NCBI GenBank assembly: GCA_964562405.1 | Contig: CAZLTC010000005.1 | Location: 3,381-67,380, forward strand | Direction: 5' to 3' | Length of the DNA stretch: 64,000 nt | Source of the DNA: an uncultured bacterium | GTDB lineage: Bacteria; Joyebacterota; Joyebacteria; Joyebacterales; Joyebacteraceae | Shown here: piece by piece, positions 28,629-39,100 of the stretch | How the letters are laid out: each line of letters opens with the position of its first letter | How positions within the stretch are numbered: the stretch's first letter is position 1 | Notes under the pieces: model-generated | The model's input: the letters and a program-made list of their open reading frames with translations, nothing else | Databases searched by the model: none | What the model was told of the DNA's origin: nothing | Made by a program: the position numbers and the translations under genes

Positions 28629-29546
28629 ATGCGGCGCGCGTCCGCCGGGCGTCACATCGATCCTCGCTCGCCGCGGGGCTACTACGTCGACCACTCTCGA
28701 GCGGCCGGCCCGACCGCCATCGGCGCGGACGGGCTGCCGGAGCTCAGGAGGCCGGTCGACGGCCACACGCATTCAGCTCTCGAGGTTGCCCGCTGGGGTC
28801 TGGGCAACCTCGAGCTGTACCTGGAGAGCGGAAACACCGCGAGGCGCGACGGGTTCGAGCGCGCCGCGAGGTTCCTCATCGACACCATCGAGGTCGTGCC
28901 CTCCAGCTTCGGGGGCTGGGCCATGCCGCCCGCGCCGCCTCCCTACGGCAGGTTGCTTCCGAGGGGCCATTTCGCCGCAGGTGCGCAGGGCGAGTGTCTG
29001 TCGGTCGTCGTGAGGGCGTGGACGCTGCTCGGCGCCGACGGCGCCGAGCAGACGGCGGACAGGGCCGCCGCCGCACTGGCCGCGCCGATCGCCGATGGAG
29101 GACTTCTGAGGGAGATAGGCGAGCCGACGGGTGTCGCGGGACTCGACTCGCTGGCCTTCCTCGAGGAGTACCCTCTCGAAGAGCGCCCTGTGATGGACTT
29201 GTCGGGACACGTTCGGGGTCTTCTTGGCGTCCACGACTACTGGCTGGCGAGCGGTGATCCCACCGCCGGCTCGCTGCGGGAACGCTGCATTCGGGGCCTG
29301 GCCTTCGTGCTCGACCGGTTCGACCTTGGATACTGGACGCTGGACGACCTCGACGTCGCCGCGCCGGGCCTCAGTCTGTCGAGTCCTTACGCGTTGAGGG
29401 AACACATCTTGCATGCGTTCACCCTGGCCGAGGTATTCAACAGCGAATCGTTTCACGACGCCGCCCTTCGTTGGCGCTCCTATCAAGCGAGCCCGCTGTG
29501 CCGCACCCAGGCCCTCGTGCGCAGAGCGGCCGGTCGCCTGACGTGA
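28629..29546 (+). CDS. D-glucuronyl C5-epimerase C-terminal-domain-like protein (tentative)
   Basis: 305 aa, no signal peptide. Pattern ...ALEVARWGLGNLELYLESGN...GGW...LSGHVRGLLGVHDYWLASGD...LDRFDLGYWTLDDL resembles the (alpha/alpha)-barrel C5-epim_C domain. Assigned from recollection of the family, not from a search. Confidence 0.45.
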   Translation: MRRASAGRHIDPRSPRGYYVDHSRAAGPTAIGADGLPELRRPVDGHTHSALEVARWGLGNLELYLESGNTARRDGFERAARFLIDTIEVVPSSFGGWAMPPAPPPYGRLLPRGHFAAGAQGECLSVVVRAWTLLGADGAEQTADRAAAALAAPIADGGLLREIGEPTGVAGLDSLAFLEEYPLEERPVMDLSGHVRGLLGVHDYWLASGDPTAGSLRERCIRGLAFVLDRFDLGYWTLDDLDVAAPGLSLSSPYALREHILHAFTLAEVFNSESFHDAALRWRSYQASPLCRTQALVRRAAGRLT

Positions 29547-29675
29547 GGCATATCTCCCCCATTGTGAATGTCATTCGTTCCGACTCGACCGCCTGTGGGC
29601 TTTCGCGAGGGCGGGCTTCGTGCTAGATTTCTCGGAACGGTCTTGTGCTGTGGTCCGGTGCCGGAGGTTGGAGGC

Positions 29676-31019
29676 TTGGTCGGACTCGGACAGATTTGGT
29701 GCGCTCTCGCCATGCTCGGCGCCACCGGCGTCGCGTCCTGGCTTCTGATGAAGCCGGCCGCACGCCTCGGGCTGTACCTTGGCCTCGTCGACCTCCCGAG
29801 CACGCGCCGGACCAGGGCGAGACCCATCCCCACCACGGGGGGGCTCGTTGTGTTCGTCGTGTTCATCGCCGCCATGACGATCTCTCTGCGGCTCTGCGGA
29901 GGAGGATTCGAACCAGACGTTCTCGTCAAGTACTCGGCCCTCACAAGCGGCGGCATCGTCATCGTCATACTCGGGATGCTCGATGACCGCTTGAACCTCC
30001 GCCCTCACATCAAGCTGGTCGTACAGACGGCGGTGGCAGTGACGATGGTGGCCTCCGGAGTAGGCATAGAGCACGTCAAGTTCCTCGTCGGGCCGCTTCA
30101 CCATCTCGGCTGGCTCACGTATCCCGTCACCGTCTTCTGGTTCGTTGGATTCATGAACGCCATCAATCTCGTAGACGGCCTCGACGGCCTTGCGGGGGGC
30201 ATTGCCGCCATCGGTGCGGCAGCGCTCTTCGCTGTCGGCGTCATCAATGAGAATGTCCTTCTCTATCTGATGGCGGCCGCCCTGCTGGGAAGCACCGTCG
30301 GCTTCCTGCTGCACAACTTCAGGGAGGGCAACATCTACCTGGGTGATGCGGGAAGCATGGTGCTCGGGTTCTTCCTGGCGGGGGGCTCCGTTGTCGGCGC
30401 CTACGGCGACGGTGCGAGCAACGCGCTCCTGGTTGCGGGCGCGTGCATGGCGATCCCGGCGTTCGACGTCGTGACGACGATCGTCCGGCGCAGCAAGTCG
30501 CACAAGGGAGTGATGACGCCGGACCGCGCTCACACGCACCACCGGCTGATCCGTTTCGGGTTGAACCCGAAGGCGGCCGTCGTGGTGCTCTGGTGCATCA
30601 CGCTCTTCTTCGGCGGGCAGATGCTAGGGCTCGTGGCTTCTCACGGGCTGGTCTACGTGCTGGGGAGCTACGTGGCGGCGGCTGCGGTGGCCAACGTGAT
30701 CGTCGACCAGCACAGGAAGAACACGCGGACGATACAGAGCGACCTCCGGGAGGAGGTCCTCTATCTTGCTGGACTGCCGAGGACGCTCTCCGCGCCCGAC
30801 GCGCACGACGGGATGACGCTCCGCGAACTCATCGTGGCGCAGATCCGCCGCGAGGCCCGGTACCGCAGGCTGGTGAGGGAAGAGAAGAACCCACCGACGG
30901 GCGGCGTGCCCGAGCTTCAGACGGCTCCTCGCGGCCGGTCCTCCGCCGTGCGGTCCCGCGTCCCCGAAGAGGCCGCGGGCGGCCTCCTCACGGAAGATGA
31001 AGACCACCGCGCCGACTGA
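29676..31019 (+). CDS. wecA: Undecaprenyl-phosphate N-acetylhexosamine-1-phosphate transferase (WecA/MraY superfamily) with an about 120-aa hydrophilic C-terminal extension
   Basis: Probable TTG start 8 nt after GGAGG (alternative ATG 29712). ...GLVDLPSTRRTRARPIPTTGGLVVF..., MNAINLVDGLDGLAGG, NIYLGDAGSMVLGF are WecA/MraY signatures. The tail after residue about 360 is charged and non-membrane. Confidence 0.8.
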   Translation: MVGLGQIWCALAMLGATGVASWLLMKPAARLGLYLGLVDLPSTRRTRARPIPTTGGLVVFVVFIAAMTISLRLCGGGFEPDVLVKYSALTSGGIVIVILGMLDDRLNLRPHIKLVVQTAVAVTMVASGVGIEHVKFLVGPLHHLGWLTYPVTVFWFVGFMNAINLVDGLDGLAGGIAAIGAAALFAVGVINENVLLYLMAAALLGSTVGFLLHNFREGNIYLGDAGSMVLGFFLAGGSVVGAYGDGASNALLVAGACMAIPAFDVVTTIVRRSKSHKGVMTPDRAHTHHRLIRFGLNPKAAVVVLWCITLFFGGQMLGLVASHGLVYVLGSYVAAAAVANVIVDQHRKNTRTIQSDLREEVLYLAGLPRTLSAPDAHDGMTLRELIVAQIRREARYRRLVREEKNPPTGGVPELQTAPRGRSSAVRSRVPEEAAGGLLTEDEDHRAD

Positions 31020-31165
31020 CCCCCGCCCACCAGGCAAGTTCCCAGTGAGTACGTTTCCCGATGTCGATTGCCAGCGTCGCCGCCGGGTGCTATGTTGGAG
31101 TGCTCAGGTGCGGTGACGCGCATGCGCCGTCTCCGCTGGTTCGCCACTCTTGACAGGAGAATGAG

Positions 31166-33838
<2,673 letters not shown>

Positions 33839-33905
33839 GCCCCTTCGCGGCGTGCGAGCTTGACGAACGACCAGTCAGCAGGGCGCCCCTCGACGCCGTG
33901 CGAGC

Positions 33906-33934
33906 TTGACGTATGCTCAAGATGAGGATACAAT
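33906..33934 (+). promoter_or_regulatory. Near-consensus sigma70 promoter (TTGACG-17-TACAAT) for the small-peptide/NapH-like operon; the -35-containing 15-mer CGTGCGAGCTTGACG is duplicated 46 bp upstream (33851-33865)
   Basis: Read directly from the sequence: -35 at 33906-33911, 17-nt spacer, -10 at 33929-33934. The first copy of the 15-mer has no matching -10. Confidence 0.55.
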
Positions 33935-34004
33935 AGGCTCTGTGGGGCCGTTCCCCCGAAGGGTCTCCTGCCTCCGCGTGTTGGCCGCTGGACAGGAGTT
34001 GCTC

Positions 34005-34139
34005 GTGAGGAAGATCCTTTTTATTCTCCTTCTCATAGCGTTGTCCGCTTCGGTCGCCTACGGGCTCTATGTCGGGGGCTTCTTCGAGACGCTCACGAAC
34101 GGCGCCATGATCTGCATGACGTGCATCGGGGTGGCGTGA
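34005..34139 (+). CDS. Small (44 aa) single-TM peptide ending in an MxCxxC motif (MICMTCIGVA)
   Basis: GTG start 6 nt after AGGAG, inside listed ORF 33906..34139. VRKILFILLLIALSASVAYGLYVGGFFETLTNGAMICMTCIGVA. Immediately upstream (18 nt) of the polyferredoxin gene. Confidence 0.45.
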   Translation: MRKILFILLLIALSASVAYGLYVGGFFETLTNGAMICMTCIGVA

Positions 34140-34157
34140 CGGGAGGCGGTACCTCTC

Positions 34158-35078
34158 TTGAAACGGCGAATCGTCCAGCTCATCGCCCTCATCGCCAGCA
34201 ATTCTTACTTCACGGCCATACCGACGGCCAGCTTCTACCAGGGCAGCCTTAAGGGTGCGTGCGTTCCCGTGCTCAACTGCTACGCGTGTCCCCTGGCATG
34301 GGGCTCCTGCCCGATAGGGACCCTGCAGCACTTCATCATCGTCCGCGCGCTGCCCTTCTACCTCATCGGAGTGCTGGGACTCGTGGGGCTCGTTGTCGGA
34401 CGCTGGCCGTGTGGGTGGCTGTGTCCGTTCGGGTGGCTGCAGGAGATACTGAACAAGATCCCTTCCCCGAAGTTCTCCGCGCCCGACTGGCTCAGGCACA
34501 CCAAGTACGTCTTCCTGTTCGCCGTTGTGGGGCTGGTGGCATGGATAACGTACGAGCCGTGGTTCTGCAAGATGTGCCCCGCAGGCACACTCGAGGCCGG
34601 CCTGCCGTGGCTGTGGTGGCATGCCAGAGGCTCCGCGTTCGCCGACGGCATGAACTTCACCACGGGCACGTTCAGCGTGAAGCTGCTGCTCCTGGGCGTC
34701 TTCGTGGCGTTCGCGATCATGATGCGCCGGCCGTTCTGCCGGTTCGTGTGCCCTCTTGGAGCGTTCCTCGGGATGATGAACAAGGTAAGCCTGCTGCAGC
34801 TCGACTACGACCTCGACAGCTGTGCCATCGCCTATGCGAAGGGCTCCGACTTCGAGAACTGCCGGAGCTGCAAGCACTGCTCGAGCCGTTGTCCCATGAA
34901 CCTCAAGGTGCCTGAGCAGCGGGGCAGCGTCGACTGCATAAGATGTATGAACTGCACCAGCTACGGCTCGGTTCTCTGGAGGTTCAGACTTGGATCGGCC
35001 GGCGACGGAGCCGGCGAAAGAGGCGCCGCTGACGCTCGAGCAGCAGACGCGGTGCCGGAGCCCCGGGCGCCCGCCTGA
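34158..35078 (+). CDS. Membrane-bound polyferredoxin, NapH/MauN/CcoG-like (4 TM with CxxxCP motifs plus two cytoplasmic [4Fe-4S] motifs)
   Basis: TTG start after GGGAGG. TM-embedded CYACPLAWGSCPIG, WPCGWLCPFGW, WFCKMCPAGT, FCRFVCPLGAF. C-terminal CRSCKHCSSRCP and CIRCMNCTSYG. Confidence 0.75.
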   Translation: MKRRIVQLIALIASNSYFTAIPTASFYQGSLKGACVPVLNCYACPLAWGSCPIGTLQHFIIVRALPFYLIGVLGLVGLVVGRWPCGWLCPFGWLQEILNKIPSPKFSAPDWLRHTKYVFLFAVVGLVAWITYEPWFCKMCPAGTLEAGLPWLWWHARGSAFADGMNFTTGTFSVKLLLLGVFVAFAIMMRRPFCRFVCPLGAFLGMMNKVSLLQLDYDLDSCAIAYAKGSDFENCRSCKHCSSRCPMNLKVPEQRGSVDCIRCMNCTSYGSVLWRFRLGSAGDGAGERGAADARAADAVPEPRAPA

Positions 35079-35110
35079 GGCTCGCAGCAAGAGCGTAAGG
35101 GGGCCGCATA

Positions 35111-35905
35111 ATGGAACCCACCATCGGTATCAACGATCGGCTGGTGGAGCGCCTCGGCCAGGCGAGGAGGATCTCCGTCCTGACCGGATCCGGCGTATCC
35201 AGCGAGAGCGGCATTCCGACCTTCCGCGGAAGGGACGGGCTCTGGGAGAAGCACCGCGTCGAGGAGCTCGCTACCCGGCAGGCGTTCGAGTCCCACCCGG
35301 AACTCGTCTGGCGATGGTACGACTACCGCCGCCAGTTGATAGCCGACGCCGAGCCAAACGCGGCGCACGCGGCGATCGCAAGGCTGGAAGGCCGCTTCGA
35401 CTCGTTCGTGCTCATCACCCAGAACGTCGACGGGCTTCACAGGCGCGCCGGCAGCACTTCTCCGGTCGAGCTGCACGGCAATATCTGGCGGGCCCGCTGC
35501 ACGCGCGAGCAGACTGTGAGCGATCTTCTCGAGTGTCCTCTGATGGAACTGCCGCCCGTGTGCGCGAGTTGCGGATCGGTCCTGCGCCCGGATGTCGTCT
35601 GGTTCGGCGAGCCTCTGCCTTCTGACGCCTACGACCGGGCGTATGAGGCAGCAACGAACTGCGACGCGATGCTCGTCGTCGGCGCGTCCGCGATGGTCCG
35701 TCCCGCGGCTTCCCTCCCTCTGGTCGCGAAGACCAACGGCGCCCTCGTCGTCGAGGTCAACCTCGGATTCACGCCCATTTCGGCTCTCATCGACGCAACG
35801 CTGCTGGGCAGGGCCGGAGACGTGCTGCCCAAGCTCGTCGATATGGTCCTGAAGCTCGTCGGAGATGTGGCCCCCCGTGCGCCGAGTCGGGTGGGGGAAC
35901 GGTGA
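35111..35905 (+). CDS. cobB: NAD-dependent protein deacylase, Sir2 family (CobB-like)
   Basis: ISVLTGSGVSSESGIPTFRG...GLW, ITQNVDGLH, Zn-ribbon C...C...CASCGSVLRPDVVWFGE, LVVGASAMVRPAA. Confidence 0.85.
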   Translation: MEPTIGINDRLVERLGQARRISVLTGSGVSSESGIPTFRGRDGLWEKHRVEELATRQAFESHPELVWRWYDYRRQLIADAEPNAAHAAIARLEGRFDSFVLITQNVDGLHRRAGSTSPVELHGNIWRARCTREQTVSDLLECPLMELPPVCASCGSVLRPDVVWFGEPLPSDAYDRAYEAATNCDAMLVVGASAMVRPAASLPLVAKTNGALVVEVNLGFTPISALIDATLLGRAGDVLPKLVDMVLKLVGDVAPRAPSRVGER

Positions 35906-36104
35906 GCATCGGGCAGGAACGGCCCACGACGCCAGAGCTTGACCGGGCTCAGGCGCTCTGCTAGCCTCTAGTATCATCCTCGGCAGAACTTCGGAATCAA
36001 CCGAGGACGACGCGGCTGTCCGGGCGAGCGCCCGGGCGCACTACCGTTAATGATTCGCGCACAGGCCCAAGTGCGACGGCCTTGCGCCTCCCCAGGAAGG
36101 CCCG

Positions 36105-39100
36105 ATGCGAAGATACCTGCCTGCAGTGACGCTGCTCACGATCCTGCTGCTCGCGAGCGGGGCGTTTCCGAAGACCTACAACACGCCGACGATAGACGGC
36201 CGCGTGCAGCAGAGCGCGAGCGATTGGGACGCGGACGAGCTGGGGGTCGATGATCCGACGGACGACGGGCGGTGGTATCCGAGCGACCCGGACCTCGACG
36301 ACCTGTACGTGACGTGGGACGCCGACAACCTGTACGTGGGCGTCACGACCCAGCGGGGGCCCGGGCAGTACGGCAACGGGTACGTGATCTTCATGGACAT
36401 CGACGGCCAGAACGGCGTTACCGGGGCCACGAGCTTTGCCAGCGCCGACTTCTATCCGCGTAACATATCGTTCAGCACGATGGGGGCGGACGTGGTCGGG
36501 GGTGCGTGGGCAGGTCAGGGGCAGTTCCCGATGAGCATGGACTTCAAGCGCTGCACCGACCCGACCAGCACCACGCTCATGACCGGGGTGACGTATTCCG
36601 CCAATCCCGGCGTCCTGAATTTCGAGTTCGGCATGCCCTGGGACACGATCTTCGGGCTGGGCCAGGGAGTCGTGCCCGCCGGAACGAAGATGCGCTTCAT
36701 AGTCGTGGTTGTGGGTGGAGACGGCTCGGGCGCATACGACGCGATGCCGACGTCGAGCACGGGCGCCGAGTCCAACCCCAGCACGCCGTGGGATGCCAAC
36801 ACCGATCTCGACAACTACTATGAGGTGCTCGTAGACGGCAACGGGGACGGCGTCCCGGACCAGGGATTCCCGTCCGGAGGCTCGATATCAGGTACCGTGA
36901 CGCTCGACGACGAGACCGACCTCGAGACCGTGGTCACCGTCTCGGCCTACCTCGAGGGCGAGCTGACGGGCTCTGACACCACGCCCGCGGGCGGCGGAGC
37001 GTATTCGATAGGACGGCTCCCGGACGGCGACTACGAGGTCACCGCCACGGCGGTCTCCTATCTCGACTCGACGCGTTACGCCACCGTCGTGAGCGAGTCC
37101 GACGAGACCGGTATCGACTTCCTCCTCCAGCGCGTGAACGGCGCCATCGAAGGGCAGGTGGCGCTCTCGGGCGGCCCCGCCACGGACGTGACGGTGACCG
37201 CGTATGACGTAGTCACCGGCGCGACGGCGGGCAGCGGTCCGGCGACGGTAACGGGAGGAACCGGCGCCTTCAGGATCGGGACCGTCCTTGACGGCACGTA
37301 CCGTGTCGAGGCTACGGCCAAGGGCTACGTTGAGCAGGCCGCCCAGGCGGTCGTCGCGCTGGAAGGAACGGCCGATGTAGGTCTCCTCACGCTCCCGGCC
37401 GTGGTGGCCACGAAGTACACGTTCGTCGATTCATCGGGGGCCGAGATCTACAGCGCCGGCACCACCGTCAGCATTCCGGACAGCTCGATCTACTACTTTG
37501 CACACGCGTGGCTCGAGCCGCGAGACGACGACGACCGCGTGGCATACTGGGACACGGCGGTGCAGGAGAGCGTCCTTCTGTCGGCGACCAAGCTTGATCC
37601 GTCCTATCCGCCGAGCGGGACGATCGTCTTCGCCGGTGCGGACAGCATGGAGATGCCGGACTCGACCATCACCGCGGCCATGTTCGACGACGGCAGGGCC
37701 CCGCTGCTGGTGGCCGGGGACGAGATCGAGGTGTTGCGCGTGCTCGCCGCCGGCAACGGTCTGAGCGGCGTGCTCGAGGTCGGCATCGACGCGCCGGCCG
37801 CCACGCGCCTCGCGCTCACGTCGGACATCAGCACCATCGACGTTGGCACCGGGATCGCGCGGATCACCGGTCAACTCATCGATGCCGCTGGCAACGACAC
37901 GAAGATATCTGGCGTCCAGGCAAGCATGACAGCCGGTGGAGCGGGTGGCCTGTTCAGCATCAGCTCGCCGGAGACCGACGCCAACGGCAGGTTCGAACTG
38001 GACTTCTACGGGACGGTCGCGGGCACGACCTACGTGTCGGCGGTGATCGATCCGTCGTCCGAGTACGCGAACCTCGACGTGGACGAGATCGCCATCGTGC
38101 TCGAGCCCGGCGACGCGTCGCTCGTCACGCTCACGGCGACGCCTGCCGCACTCAGAGCCGGGGAGACCGGCGAGATCACGGCCGCCGTCGTCGACGCCTG
38201 GGGCAACTCCGTGGGAATGTCCGGGCTGTCGATTGCGCTCACGTCATCGCCGGTCGGCCTTCTCACGTCGCTTGATACACCTCTCGTAACGGAGGCCGAC
38301 GGTATGGCCAGCGGCTCCGTCACGGCCGGTACCGCCTACGGCATCGTAGAGGTGTCCGGAGCCGCGGCGGGCGTCTCGGTTGAGACCATCTACATTCCCA
38401 TAGACGCTACGATCGTCGCCGTTGACGAGACCGCGCCGGAGTCCGACAACGCGCACAACAGCAACGCCGGGGTCGACCTTACGATCATGCGGGCCACTTC
38501 CGACGCGGAGACGCTCGAGGTCACGCTGGACTTCAGCTCCGACTGGGACGGGGTTCATCTCATGCTCGCGCTCGAGTCCCACGACGACGCGGCGGGTGGC
38601 GCGTCCGACCCGTTCGGCTTCCCGGTCAACTTCGGACACACGCTCCTTCCGGACTACGTCTTCACCTACAAGTATGCCGCGAACGACTACGCCGACCTGA
38701 GACGCTTCTTCGGCGGCCAGTGGGAGCACTACGACTTCGTCAACAAGGAATGGCGAGTCGGCTACATTCCCGAGGTCAACGCTCTGGCTTACGGCTACAT
38801 CGTCCGCGAGCAGGACAAGGTCATATTCCGGATACCTTTCTCCGTGCTCGAAACCGATTTCGGAGACACCGTTCGCGTCGAGGCCTACCTTACGCAGGAG
38901 GCCGACGGCGAGAAGAGGACCGCTCTCGACTCGGTGCCGCAGGACGCCACTCACGACATGGTCCCGGACACGGGAGAGTGGTGGGAGACCGCGACGACGC
39001 CGGTGACGCTCACGAACTACGCCGTTCACGAGATTCTCGTGCCGGGAGATCCTCCGGTGCTCTCCGACGGCACGGCCAGTCCATCGACGGCGCAGCCTGG

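Noticed and set aside
35111-35905. Sir2 gene considered as a candidate anti-phage defence (Thoeris/DSR-like) component
   Set aside because: It is a compact CobB-type sirtuin with the Zn-ribbon and catalytic motifs of protein deacylases. There is no TIR, SLOG or other defence partner, and it sits between a polyferredoxin gene and an adhesin gene.
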